Origin: Octopus vulgaris | Lineage: Eukaryota | NCBI GenBank assembly: GCA_951406725.2 | Contig: OX597837.1 | Span: forward strand, 24,118,001 to 24,182,000 | Length of the DNA: 64,000 bases | Direction: 5' to 3' | Shown: positions 42,930 to 57,500 of the stretch, one piece after another | Position numbering within the stretch: the stretch's first letter is position 1 | Layout of the letters: every line of letters starts with the position of its first letter | Program-made: the position numbers and the translations under genes | Notes under the pieces: model-generated | What the model saw: only the letters and a program-made list of their open reading frames with translations | Database searches by the model: none | Told to the model about the DNA's origin: nothing

Positions 42930-43618
42930 AAGAGAACTACTGATATAGCAGCTAAAACTAATTAAAATTTGTCTTTCATCAAAACAATTCCTGAAATAAA
43001 AAGTATTTAGTTACAAAAAATTATGTTTTAAATCTGTAGGTCAAAAGATAAAGATCCCTGCAGACGATATAAGAACACACAGCCTCGCACTGTAACGTAT
43101 CATTGAGGTCGACCGACCTGCTAGAAACAGTGACCAAAATTTCCTCAATTCACACTCCACTATCTAGGAAAGTAATACGTTGAATAATGTAGTCTTGGGT
43201 CGGTCTTTTGTTCTTGGGGTGGGGATGGGGAGACGGGTTGGTCACGGATGGAATGTTTTTGATCATAGGTTTGTTTGATCAGGATTGATCTGGAATTAAT
43301 AACAGCATCACTTAATACAGCCACCATATCTCTTTCTCTGCAACACCACCATCACTTCCATCACTACTATAGCTACGTACACGACTACGCCTTCTTCCTT
43401 CCACCTAGCCTCCACTATCAACACTACTTATCCCTACCACCTTCACCGCTACCAACATGACCACCACTACTATTGTTACCCGCAACCAGGAGCAATGCTA
43501 TAGCCACTATGACATCTCTTTTCTCTGCAATACCCAGCATACCCTCATCATTATCATCATCATCACAAACGCTACAAAAGCCGCCGTCACGACCACCACC
43601 ACCATCACTATCATTAGC

Positions 43619-43619
<1 letters not shown>

Positions 43620-43650
<31 letters not shown>

Positions 43651-44200
43651 GACAACCTCATTGACATTATTATCGTCGTCGTCATCATCGTCATCGACAT
43701 CATCGTCGTCGTCGTCGTCATCTTCGAACTCGTCATCGTCGTCGTCTCCGTCAACGTCATCACATCATCACCATCATTGACATCATCATCGTCATCATCA
43801 TCATCATCATCATCATCACCATCATCGTCGTCATCATCATCATCACCATCATCGTCGTCATCATCATCATCATCATCACCATCATCGTCGTCATCATCAT
43901 CATCACCATCATCGTCGTCATCATCATCATCATCATCATCATGACAACCTCATTGACATCATCGTCGTCGTCGTCATCATCTGCGAAATCGTCATCGTCG
44001 TCGTCACCGTCAACGTCATCACATCATCATCATCATCACCATCATCGACATCATGATCATCATCATGATCATCATCATGATCACCATCATCGTCGTCATC
44101 ATCATCATCGACATCATCATCATCATCATCGCCATCATCGTCGTCATCATCATCATCATCATCATCGACATCATCATCATCATCATCATCATCCTCATCG
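43620..44200. repeat. Complex (CAT/CGT)n repeat with a duplicated ~290-bp unit
   Basis: Landmark ATGACAACCTCATTGACAT at ~43649 and 43941. Confidence 0.85.
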
Positions 44201-44552
44201 TAATGGCCAATGTCAGCGGCTGCACGTGTGTCTTGTAGCCTCTGTCCATCCGCATTCGAAGCCGTTGCCGTTGCCCCTACCATTAATGATATGTTTTAAG
44301 TAGACAAACCTGCTGAACTTGCGAGAGATTGAATATGGCTGGGTGGGAAAATGGATTGTCGTCTGGTTAGGAATGATACCTGTATACACGTCTATATACA
44401 TGCATACACACATACATATATACATACTTGCATACATACATACATACATACATACATACATACATACATACATGCATACATACATACATATACACACATA
44501 TATACACATCCATCCATCCATCCATCCATACATACATACATACATACATACA

Positions 44553-44584
<32 letters not shown>

Positions 44585-44673
44585 CACACATATATACACA
44601 TGCATGCATACATACATACATGTAGATAGATAGACAGTCAGACAAACAGACAGATAGATAGATAGACAGTTAA

Positions 44674-44772
<99 letters not shown>

Positions 44773-44837
44773 CATACATACATACATACATACATACATA
44801 CATACATACATACATACATACATACATACATACATAC

Positions 44838-44910
<73 letters not shown>

Positions 44911-45008
44911 CTTATGTGTGAATGTGCATGTGTGTATATACACGCATACTTATATATGTATATACTTATGTATATATGCATGTATATAATATAGATTTAT
45001 CTATTTAC

Positions 45009-45051
<43 letters not shown>

Positions 45052-45346
45052 GAAAAATAAGGTCATCCCCCTCCCCCATTTCCCCCACTATCACCCTCAC
45101 CCTCTTGCCACCGATTGCTTTCTCTTAGCTAAACGCCTCACGCTGATTCAAGCATTTGGGACTTGACTGTGGTGTGAGGATATCAGTTTTTCTCCCACCA
45201 GTCTCGGAAGCATTACGAAGGTCATGGTTGCTGTCTTTTATTCTCGAAGCAATAAAAATAGCACAAATAAAAGGGCATAAAAGAGCGGATGCTGTTAGAC
45301 TGCGTCAGCAAAAATCATTTAATAATAACAATAACAATAATAATAA

Positions 45347-45614
45347 TGGAACCTGAAAACAGAAACAATTCCTATCATAGTAGGTGCATTAGGCATGATA
45401 AAAAAATATTCAGACAAATACATAACAAAAACACCAGGACTTACAAACACATATAACATACAGAAAATTGCACTACTAGGCACTGCACACATCCTACGCA
45501 GAACACTTTCCATACAATAACCATCAGAGCATCACAACAAATCACAGCACATACCCAAGGCACACAGAGCTGCGCTCGGTAGTGAAGTGAAAGCACGCTA
45601 TAAAAATAAAACTA

Positions 45615-45617
<3 letters not shown>
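45347..45617 (+). mobile_element. Second R4/Dong-like 3' fragment in (AAT)n
   Basis: Translates WNLKTETIPIIVGALGMIKKYSDKYITKTPG...IQKIALLGTAHILRRTLSIQ*. Flanked by (AAT)n. Confidence 0.8.
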
Positions 45618-45689
<72 letters not shown>

Positions 45690-47399
45690 CCTACTATACT
45701 CTTTACTCTTTACTCTTTTACCCTTTTACTTGTTTCGGTCATTTGACTGCGGCCATGCTGGAGCACCGCCTTTAGTCGAGCAAATCGACCCCGGGACTTA
45801 TTCTTTGTAAGCCCAGTACTTATTCTATCGGTCTCTTTTGCCGAACCGCTATGTGACGGGGACGTAGACACACCAGCATCGGTTGTCAAGCAATGCTAGG
45901 TGGGGACAAACGCAGACACACAAACATATACATACACATACATACATACATATATATACATATATACGACAGGCTTCTTTCAGTTTCCGTCTACCAAATT
46001 CACTCACAAGGCATTGGTCGGCCCGAGGCTATAGCAGAAGACACTTGCCCAAGATGCTACGCAGTGGGACTGAACCCAGAACCATGTGGTTGGTAGGCAA
46101 GCTACTTACCACACAGCCACTCCTGCGCCAATAGGCACAAGACCTGTAATAATAAAAGACATTCGCTACTTCCGAAAAACTCGACGTGTGAGAACACTTG
46201 CACGAAACGTCGGGTTTCATGTTTGCACATTGCACACTGCAATAATCCAAATTTGTGAATTTTACAGTTGCAGCTTTTGCGCTTTTATATGTCATGACGA
46301 CTGTGTTGTTTATTCTTTTACTCTTTTACTTGTCCAGGGATTCTCAACCAATTTTTATCTAGGGACCCCTTTGATTATTCTTCTGTTCGAACGAACTCCG
46401 ACAGTCGTTCAGTGTTTAAAAACTAGTTTTATAGATACTGCTCTCAAAATTCCTATTTGTTTTTCACACATTCCCTTGTGTAGGTTGAACTATGTAAAAC
46501 ATTAACGAAAGAAACCTAGCTGTTTTCTTGCAATACATACTAATATATACATACTCTTTTACTTGTTTCAGTCATTTGACTGTGGCCATGCTGGAGCACC
46601 GCCCTTTAATCGAGCAAATCGACCCCAGGACTTATTCTTTGTAAGCCTAGTGCATATTCTATCGGCCTCTTTTGCCGAACCGCTAATGTTACGGGGACGT
46701 GAACACGCCAGCATCGGTTATCAAGTGATGATGGGAGAGGGGGCAAACATAGACACACAAACACATACGCATACATATATATATACACATATATACGATG
46801 GGCTTCTTTCAGTTTCCATCTACCAAATCCACTCACAATGCTTTGGTCGGCCCGAGGCTATAGTAGAAGACACTTACCCAAGGTGCCATGCAGTGGGACT
46901 GAACCTGGAACTATGTGGTTCGTAAGCAAGCTACTTGCCACACAGCCACTCCTGCGCCTATTTATAATATGGCATCTTTGACTCGGTATCATTTATTTAA
47001 AAAAATTTTATGTTTGTCTTATTTCAGTCATTAGACTGCGACCATGCTGGGGCACCGCCTTGAAGGATTTGTTTTTTAGTAGAACTAATCGGCCAATGTA
47101 TTTATTTTCTTTTAAGCTCGGTACTTATTCTATCGATCTCTCTGTTGCCGAGCCGCTAAGTTACGGAGATTTAAACACACCAACACCGGTTGCCAAGCGG
47201 TATGAGGGACAAAGACTCAAAGACACAAGCAGGTAAAGCTCGTTCCCGAGTCATGGAGATTCATAAGGACCTGTTTCCCTGTTTCTATGGCGTAAAAATT
47301 TCCCTACCAGTACGGGAGGCCGGTCCGTCGCAGGATTTCTCATTTTTGCCGCCTGAGTAGGCCAATTGTGGAAATCTTCATTGTTATTGCCAGTTGTTG

Positions 47400-47487
<88 letters not shown>

Positions 47488-47500
47488 CATTATTATTATT

Positions 47501-48047
47501 GAGTGAGAGAGCAGTTCATGCCATCAAAGTGACACTCGGGTAAAATATACGAAGCCCAATATACCCATCATGACTACCCGTCTGATAAGGGTACACCAGG
47601 CACATGCATCACAACCATATGTACGCGACATGGTGATCTCATATCAAAATAAACAGCACATGACCTTGCAGGTGGGACCTAGTTAGAATTTTCTTCAGGT
47701 TGAGTAGCCCATCCCGCTCAAAAGGTCCCTGAATTGTTTAAGGATGTTGAAAGAACCACCCATGTTTCCAGAGATGAATTATTCAAACCCCAAAGAATCC
47801 CTCTCAACACATGGCTATGATGCTCCCCCACTACTTCTGCTCGTGGTCAGAGATGCACATATCGTCAGCCACTAAGGGACATGCTCAACTGGTTAAGGTC
47901 AAACAACTGACAAGCAAATCTGTGGTATTGAGCAGAATATTTGCTGTAGCCCATCTTTTATACCAAGACAAAACTGTACATGATAACACTTCCAATCAGT
48001 TAAGATCAGAAGCCATGAGAGCTACTGCCTAATACTGCATCAGGGCA
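47501..48047 (-). mobile_element. ~550-bp non-coding element inserted in (ATT)n, copy 1
   Basis: Homologous to 54512-55065 with the same ends. Both are bounded by ATT repeats. Strand is inferred. Confidence 0.75.
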
Positions 48048-48244
48048 TTTATCATTATTATTATTGAAGGTGGCAAGCTGGCAGAATAGTTAGCATGCTG
48101 GGGAAAATGCTCAGCAGAATTTCATCTGTCTTCAAGTTCTGAGTTCAAATTCTGCCAAGTTTGACATTCAGGATCAATAAATTAAGTACTATTATTATTA
48201 TTATTATTATTATTATCATTACACATTTTGTTCATCATGGATAT

Positions 48245-48324
<80 letters not shown>

Positions 48325-48402
48325 GCGACATACTGACAAGAGACAGACAGGCAAACCGTCACATAGAGAGAGAGAGAGAGAGTGACAGACAGACAGGTAG
48401 TC

Positions 48403-48531
<129 letters not shown>

Positions 48532-49127
48532 CAGACGGTTAGACAAATAAATTGACATATAACAGACAGATACAGACAGACAGGACAGACACAGACAGAC
48601 AGGACAGACAAACAGACACAGACTGACAGACAGACAGATAAACTATTTCCTAATATTACTTTACATACGTAACCAGCACTGCCCTCCTCCTGTCTCTAGA
48701 TAACTAAGGTTAACAACAGCGGCGCACTCTTTAACGGATTATAACAGTAATTTTAATGACTTCGCAGGTACCATTTAAATCTCATTAAATTTCTAAGGGT
48801 GTCTGTGTGATTTCTTATTTGAATACAACAGGGCGAATCCATATGTAATTCTATATGATTTATCACTACAGGAGAGATAGAAGCAAAAAACAGGAACAGA
48901 CAGAGACTCAAGGATGAATAGATGAAATGCAAATCTTTAGAAATGTTTGCACGATAATGTCTGTAAGTTTATGTTTAGTTATTTTAATTTTAGATACATG
49001 GGTGCATGCGTGACTGCGTGGTAAGAAGTTTGCTTCCCAATCATGCGTTTCCTGGTTCAGTCCCACTGCGTGGCATCTTAGGCAATTGCCTTCTACCATG
49101 GCCCCGGCCCGATCATTTATATATATA

Positions 49128-49431
49128 CTAGCAGTATCGCCCGGCGTTGCTCGGCTTTTTAAGGGAAATAACTATATAAGCATTTTTAGAGAGTTACTTC
49201 CCTTATATAAACCGAACAAAAATGGATTAAAAATGCGGAAAAATTATGGCAAATTTCTTTTAAAATCGTAGACTCATTGTAGACGCGCGCTAATACCCAG
49301 AAGGGCTTGATATGAATCACGACTACAAGATACCCGCTTTTGGTTAAACTGCACCGCAAAATGTGGGAGTAGTTAGGAATCTAAATCGGGGTAGACAGAC
49401 ACACACACAACTACAGTTTTATATATAAAGA
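49128..49431 (-). mobile_element. Non-autonomous Helitron
   Basis: Minus strand A|TCTTTATATATAAAA...CCGAGCAACGCCGGG (hairpin)...CTAG|T, inserted at an AT site. Confidence 0.75.
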
Positions 49432-49449
49432 TATATAGTTCTTCAGTGG

Positions 49450-50905
49450 GGGACCTGAAGAACGCAGCTGGCTATATGATAGCTGACACCCAAGGAATTC
49501 TCGATCGCTAGAAGTCCCATTTCGACCACTCACACACTCCAGACGATCTCCTCCAAAACACCACACAGCTCCCCATCCGCCATTGGATTCCCTGCCGCCC
49601 TTGTCTTATGAGTTCAACAAGGCATTCGAGCGTATGAAGCCGGGTAAAGCTTCGGGACCAGACAACATCCCGTTTGAGTTTTTCCCGCACGGAGGTCCTA
49701 AGCTGAGAAATCATCTGACGCTCCTTATCCTCAAGACCTGAGAAAGCAAGACCCTCCCGAACGACTTCCTCGATGCAACTATCATCACCATCTACAAGAA
49801 GGGAGACCGTGAGGATTGCAACAACTATCGGGGCATCTCACTCCTGAGTATTGCAAGCAAGAACTTCGCCCGTATCCTACTCAATTACCTCCTCATCCTT
49901 GCAGAAGACGTCCTCCCTGAGTCCCAGGCACAATCGACATGATTTTTTATGCCCGCCAACTTCAGAAGTGTCAAGAACACCAACAGCCTACAATGTTCAT
50001 CTTCTGGGATCTAAAGAAAGCTTTTAACAAGGTCACCCGTCCTGCAATGTGGGCATCCTTGCTCGGTTTGGATATACGGAGGATTTCACTACCCTGGTCC
50101 ACTCCTTTCACGACGGCATAGTGGGTAGGGTATGCCATCAAAATGCTCTCACATACCCGTTTCTCATTACGGAGGGTCTTAAGCAAGGATGCGTCCTAGC
50201 ATCAACCTGTTTCTCTTTGTACAGAGCCGCCATATTCAACGAAATCCCACTAGACTCGCCTTCCATCAACATGCGCTACCGCTTGGATGGCGGACTCGCA
50301 CATCTCGGCGCAAAGACGAGGACCTCAGCCATCTCAGTCCGTGAGATGCAGTATGCCGACGACAATGCCACCCCGAGCCGAACCGTAGATGACCTACAAA
50401 GGACGGCTGATCTTTATAATGCGGCTTGTGAACGCTTCGGAATACAGGCAAACATATTAAAGGCCAAGACCCTGATCCAACCTGCACCAGGCCAGAACAA
50501 TCCACGAACATTAGCATCGATGGCAAATCCCCAGAAGTTGAACACTTCTCATACATTGAGAGTATTCTTTCGAAGACCCCCCACATGTGAAAAGGACTTA
50601 GAGAACCGGATCAGGGCGGCCCACTCCGCCTTCGATAGACTGAGCCAATGTGTATTCTTCAATCACGCGCTGACCATCCAGACAAAGATCATCGTCTTCG
50701 TGCTATTGTCCTGTAAACTCTTCTTTACGCTTGTGAGAATTGGACGCTGTACCGTCGTGACTTCACGCGCTTTGAATGCTTCCAGCAATCCAAGCTACGA
50801 CAGATCCTCAATATTCGATGAGAAGATTATATTACCAATAATGAAGTTCTTTGCCGCGCCTCACTACCAATCGTCAAAGCCACCATTCTTCGCCATCGTC
50901 TGTAC
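49450..50905 (+). mobile_element. Decayed RTE-clade LINE (reverse transcriptase)
   Basis: GKASGPDNIP, YKKGDREDCNNYRGISLLS, FWDLKKAF, GLKQGCVLA, QYADD. Frameshifts and stops. Confidence 0.9.
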
Positions 50906-51063
50906 GAATTCTGCCCACGACTCTTTCACTACAGCCTTGAACTTCAAAGTCACATTCGGCTCTAACATCTGCCGAGGAGACTTGATAGAAACTGACAAAC
51001 CCAACGCTCGGATACGAGTTGGAGCCGAGAACGACATGTATGTGTGTGTATATATATATGATT

Positions 51064-51423
51064 GCACTCCGTCGCTTATAACGACGAGGGTTCCGATCAA
51101 CGGAACAGCCTGCTCGTGAAATTAACGTGCAAGAGGCTGAGGACTCCACAGACACGTGTACCCTTAACGTAGTTCTCGGGGATATTCAGCGTGACACAGA
51201 ATGTGACAAGGCTGTACCTTTGAATTACAGGCCCAACAGAAACAGGAAGTAAAAGTGAGAGAAAGTTGTGGTGAAAGAGTACAACAGGGTTCGCCACCAT
51301 CCCCTGCCGGAGCCTCGTGGGGATTTAGGCGTTTTCGCTCAATAAACATTCACAAACGCCCAGTCTGGGAATCGAAACTGCGATCCTATAACCGCGAGTC
51401 CGCTGCCCTAACCACTGGGCCAT
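51064..51423 (-). mobile_element. SINE family A
   Basis: Reverse copy of 19002-19383. Confidence 0.85.
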
Positions 51424-51583
51424 GATGATGATGATGATGATGGTGATCGTGGTGGTGGTGATAGCGGTGGTGGTGGTGGTGGTGTGGTCATCTTCGTCTC
51501 GTGTTTTTGGAAAATGTGGCGGAGGATAGCAATCATAGCTTTACTGGTGCGAACAATCAAGGTCGGACAAAAAAGCTAGTTTG

Positions 51584-51615
<32 letters not shown>

Positions 51616-52141
51616 TGTATGTATGTATGTATGTATGTATGGGAGGTGGAGCGGGTCGAGTTTGGATTTGTGTGTGTGTGTGTCTTTTTTTCTTTTCCCA
51701 TACTCTCCTCCCTCCCTCCCTCCCACCCTGTCGAGAGGCGCGAAACAAAAATGTCGACCAAATTAGTTTTAAATGAAAATCGGAACATTTTGTCAATAGA
51801 GACATCCGCTTTGAGAAGGGGCCAGTCAGCAAGAAATAAAGAAAATAAAAGATACTTTAAAAGATAAGTGGACGGTGAGGAGTCGTCGAAATGTAAGGGA
51901 CAGACATTGGACGATAAGCATAGAGAGAAGATACACAGAAAGGAAAGACAATTCAAATTAATTATTACGGCGTTCGTAAGGAACGTCTGCTTTCCTTTAA
52001 AGAAACCTGTACAGACGACATTTTATGAAAGAAATTAGTGCTGCTGTTGATGTATGTTGAAGGGAACGGAAGTTTCTATGAAAGCTCCACGAACAGAGTA
52101 ATTTTATGATTGGATTGCGTTATCTCTTTCTCTCTTTTCCT

Positions 52142-52333
52142 CTTTTTACTTGTTTCAGTCATTTGACTGCGGCCATGATGGGACACCACCTTGGAGAACT
52201 CTTAGTCGAATGAATCTTAATTTTTTAAAGCCTGGTACCTATTCTACCGGTGTCTTTTTCCCGAACCGCTAAGTTATGGGGACGTAAACACACCAACACC
52301 AGTTATCAAGCGGTGGCGTGTGACAAACACAAA

Positions 52334-52382
<49 letters not shown>

Positions 52383-52415
52383 ACACACACACACAATATA
52401 TATATATTGTCCCCC

Positions 52416-52456
<41 letters not shown>

Positions 52457-52925
52457 GATTGAACAGACAGAACACAAGGAGAAAAAGTTGAACGAAAGCA
52501 GAGCAAACAGGAAACAAGACGGAAACTTAATAGACGGGGAATATTGACAAGGATATGATGCACGGAATATTCAGCTGCTACATCCATGTAGTGCAACGCA
52601 CACCTGTTTGTTTATGTTTATATAAATATGTATATATATATTGTGGTCAGTGGTTAGCCCTTAAAAGGTCTGAAACCAAAGACCTATAATGAGGAAAAGA
52701 GTGGGTTTTTATAGGAAACAGTAGGCTCGAAAAAGGTTCGAAAAAATTGTTCACGTGACGCTATCTAAAGTCTCTGACTGGCTATCCGCAGTCAGTTGGC
52801 ACAACAGAGTGGGATATAAATTGCGCCAATACCAATCAATCGGAGAAGTGGACACCACGGGGCACAAACAGCGGCCAAAGGCTAGCAGTTACCTACTACG
52901 TTTGAATGTATGTATATATAGTCTA

Positions 52926-52991
<66 letters not shown>

Positions 52992-53135
52992 GGCGGGTTT
53001 CTTTCTGTTTCCGTATCACAAGGTTTTGGTCGGCCCGAGGCGATAGTAGAAGACACATACCGAAGGTATCATGCAGTGAGACTGAACCTGGAACCATGAG
53101 GTTGAGAAGCAAGCTTTTTATCACACGCCTGCGCC
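52142..53135 (-). mobile_element. SINE family C split by an insertion in its internal microsatellite
   Basis: Tail half at 52142-52330 and head half at 52990-53135, with unrelated sequence at 52450-52900. Confidence 0.65.
52642..52897 (+). repeat. ~255-bp dispersed repeat, copy 1 (inverted copy at 60837-61096)
   Basis: Shared TGTGGTCAGTGGTTA, TCACGTGA, AATTGCGCCAATACCAA and GGCCAAAGG blocks. Confidence 0.7.
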
Positions 53136-54154
53136 TACACACTTTCACCTACAAAAACTGATTCCATGACTAATTTTTTTTTTTAATATTGTTGAAGCTC
53201 AACAAACGTCTTACAAAAGCCATTGGGTGTCAAAAGGTCTCTCACTCATAGTCCTGTCAAGCAGTTGACAAATACCTGGCAAAAATTATTCGACAACCTC
53301 CTGTCGTTTAATCATCGCAAAAATAATTTGGAAAACCCCCGTCGCTCAGATAACAACGTACGCAAACAGTTCTACCCGAGTTTCTCCTTATCAACCAAAG
53401 CATTTTTCATCATGAAACCACTGTTGACGATTTAAGCCAATTTTTTTTTCCTGCTATTCCCTGTCAGCGGCTTCCTAACATGCAACACCCGAATTCAAAC
53501 ATTGCTTATCTGAAAGTTCTACTGACTACCCATCAGCAGTTTACACGACTGTACATACATTTTGTTTGTTCTTTAACAATACAATATTGTAACGTCCGCT
53601 GTTTCCATTTACTTAAAGCGTCTCGTCAACTTATAAGCTAGAGATGACAAAAAATATTTAGTAGAGTTGACAAAGATAGTTTGTGTTTATATGAGCAAAG
53701 AGAATGAGAGAGGAAGAAAGGGGGAAGTGAGAGACAGAGGAAAATATGAAGGGTGGGAGAAAGAAGGGGAGGGAGGGAGAGAATAAGATGCGAATAACAA
53801 ACATGTTATACAAATGCTAAAGCCCAGATTGATGGTGTTTGCTGGCGACCCGAACTCCTAAAAAATTTGTCCAAATAGTCTCAGGAGAGATGAATGCTCT
53901 GTTTGTTGCTGGTTGACGATAGAAAAAGTACGAAAAGCTGTCGCGTCTATTATATTTCTAACTTGAAACGAGAGAACAGACAGACAGACAGACAGAAGAC
54001 TACAGAAGAAGGTGTATATACATAAAGACAGAAGAATAAACATACATACAAACAAGCGAAGGGTCATACAGACAGTGAGATGGACAGATAGACCGACAGA
54101 CAGATAGATGGACAGAAAGAGATATAGATAAACAGAAGAATAAATAGACAGACT

Positions 54155-54235
<81 letters not shown>

Positions 54236-54296
54236 GTAGGTAGGTAGGTAGGTAGGTAGGTAGGTAGGTAGGTAGGTAGATAGGTAGATAGATAGG

Positions 54297-54432
<136 letters not shown>

Positions 54433-54456
54433 AGACGACGGACAGACAACAGACAA

Positions 54457-54504
<48 letters not shown>

Positions 54505-54511
54505 CATCATT

Positions 54512-55063
54512 GAGTGAGAGAGCAGTGTATGCCATCAAAGTGACAATGGCGTAAACTATACGAAGCCCAGTATACCCATCATGACTACCTGTCTGATAAG
54601 GGTACTCCAGGCACATACATCACAACCATATGTGCGCGACATGGGGATCTCATATCAAGATTAACAGCACATGACCTTGCAGGTGGGGCCCAGTTAGAAT
54701 CATCTTCAAGTCGTGTAGCCCATCCTGTTCAAATGGCCCTTGAATAAGTGTTATTTAAGGATGTTGAACGAAACACACATGTTTCCAAAGATGAATTATC
54801 CAAACCTCAAAGAATTCCTATCAACACATGGCTATGATTCTCCCACACTATTTTTGCTCGTGATCAGAGGTGCACATATCGTCTGCCACTAAGGGACATG
54901 GTCAACTGGTTAGGGCCAAACAGCTGACAAGTAAATCTGTGGTATTAAGCAGAATATTTACTGTAGCCCGTAAAAACGACGAGTCAAAACAATGTACATG
55001 ATAACACTTCCAATCAGTTAAGATCAGAAGGCATGAGAGCCACTGTCTGGTACTGCATCAGGG

Positions 55064-55065
<2 letters not shown>
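54512..55065 (-). mobile_element. ~550-bp (ATT)n-inserted element, copy 2
   Basis: See 47501-48047. Confidence 0.75.
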
Positions 55066-55102
<37 letters not shown>

Positions 55103-55104
55103 GA

Positions 55105-55507
55105 CGGAATCATTAGCACGCTGGGCGAAATGCTTAGCGGTATTTCGTCTGCCGGTTACGTTCTGAGTTCAAATTTCGCCGAGGTCGACTTTGCCTTTCA
55201 TCCTTTCGGGGTCGATTGAATAAGTACCAGTTAAGCACTGGGGGTCGATGTAATCAACTTAATCCGTTTGTCTGTCCTTGTTTGTCCTCTCTGTGTTTAG
55301 CCCCTTGTCGGTTGTAAAGAAACAGGTATTTCGTCTGTAGCTACGTTCTGAGTTCAAATTCCGCCGAGGTCGACTTTGCCTTTCATCCTTTCGGAATCGA
55401 TTAAATAAGTACCAGTTACGCACTGGGGTCGATGTAACTGACTTAATCCCTTCCCCAAAATATGAGGCCTTGTGCTTCCAATAGAAAGGATAATCATCAT
55501 CATCATA

Positions 55508-55542
<35 letters not shown>

Positions 55543-55740
55543 TAAATTTAAGCAGTGAGCTAGCAGAATCGTTGGCATGCCAAGCAAAATACTTAATGGT
55601 ATTTGTTGCGGCTTTATGTTCTGAGTTCAAATTCCTCTGACGTCGACTTTGCCTTTCATTCTTCGAATTCGATAAAATAAGTATCAGACTAGCCACCTTA
55701 GCCCAAAATTTCAGACTTTGTGTCTATAGTAGAAAGAATT
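55105..55740 (+). mobile_element. SINE family D dimer plus a diverged copy
   Basis: Repeated core with junction AAAGAAACAG|GTATTTCGTCTG. Confidence 0.8.
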
Positions 55741-57374
55741 GTTATCGTTGAACTCTTACATTCACTCCCGGAATATTTTCGTTAGACGTCTGTAACCTTT
55801 TCATGTGAGTATTTAACTAAAAGCGTCTCTTGCAAGAGTTCGTTATGACCTGTCGTTTTCGTCTAAGTATGTAGTTGTTGTGGTGAACGTTCTTATGTAT
55901 GTGTGCGTGTGTATGTATGTGCCAGTCTTTGTTTGCTGTGTGTCTTTAATTGACAAATAAACAGTTAGAAAGATAAATAGACATAAATATAATTTCCTCC
56001 AACTTTTCCGGTTAGATCAAAGAAGCACAGAATTTATTTTTATTTTTATGCAGAATGTATATATGTACGTATGTATGTATGTATGTATGTATGTATGTAT
56101 ATATGTATGCATGCATGTATGTATGTATGTATGTATGTACGTATGTATGGATGTATGTATGCATGCATGCATGTATGTATGTGTGTATGCATGCATGTAT
56201 GTATGTATGTATGGATGCATGTATGGATGCATGTATGTATGTATGTATGTATGTATGTATGTATGTATGTATGTATGTATGCATGCATGTATGTATGTAT
56301 GTATGTATGTATGCATGCATGCATGCATGCATGTATGTATGTATGTATGTATGTATGCATGCATGCATGTATGTATGGATGGATGTATGGATGGATGTTT
56401 TTGAAATGACTTTAAACTAAATCCGGTTGTGGGTGTCCTTGTTTCGGAGTTCCAGGATTCTGAGGGGTGTGAAATCCCCTCTTAGCCCCTATTGATTCCA
56501 GGTCTACTCTGACCCGGAGTAGTAGCTCCTGTCAGGGTTCCAGCTATGGATTAATTAGCATATTAGAGCTTGCCTACCTATGCATGTGAAGGCTAAATCC
56601 GGTGGACTCTGCGCGAGACACCTCCATGGTTTAATGGAGAGAAAGGCGGCGGCGGCGGCAATGCATTGTAGAGAGCAGAGAGCAAGAAGAATCAAGACAT
56701 CTTATCATCCACTACATCCGTCTCACTCCCGCAGTCATTTTGACCTGGTCAGCCACTGAACTGAAGATGGTGACTGACGAACCAGTGAGGTTGACAGTAT
56801 GCAACTCTTCACTTTAAACTAGTGATTTCCGACCGTGATCTACATGGCCCGTGAGGGTCCACATAAGATTTTTGGAGGTCCACACAACAAAATAATGAAT
56901 TGGGAATCCGCAATAGCACTTTAAGGACCCCTGAAAAAATGCTACTTTTGATGTATGTATTGGTATGTATTGCAAGAAACAGCTCTTTTACTCTTTTATT
57001 TGTTTCAGTCATTTGACTGCGGCCATGCTGGAGCACCGCCTTTAGTCGAGAAAATCGATCCCATGACTTATTCTTTGTAAGCCTAGTACTTATTCTATCG
57101 GTCTCTTTTGCCGAACCGCTAGCTTACGGGGACCTGGAATCAATAGTGGCTAAGAGGTGATTCCACATCCCTCAAAATCCTGGAACTCCCGAAACAAGGA
57201 CACCCACCACCGGATTCAGTTTAAAGCTAGTGAATAACAAAATAGGAATCTTGAAGGAAGTTTGTATAAAACTAGTTTTAAAATATCGCATGGCTACGAG
57301 GGTCCACCAGAATAAAATAGTAACGAAAGAGGTCCATAGGTAAAAGAAAATGGCTGAGAACCCCTGCTCGAATA

Positions 57375-57377
57375 AAC

Positions 57378-57410
<33 letters not shown>

Positions 57411-57466
57411 TGTATGTATGTATGAATGTATGTATGTATGTATGTATGTTTATATGTATGTATGCC

Positions 57467-57500
<34 letters not shown>

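Noticed and set aside
46175-46220. GAAA-cg-TC motif
   Set aside because: No CUGA core. Only a short inverted repeat.
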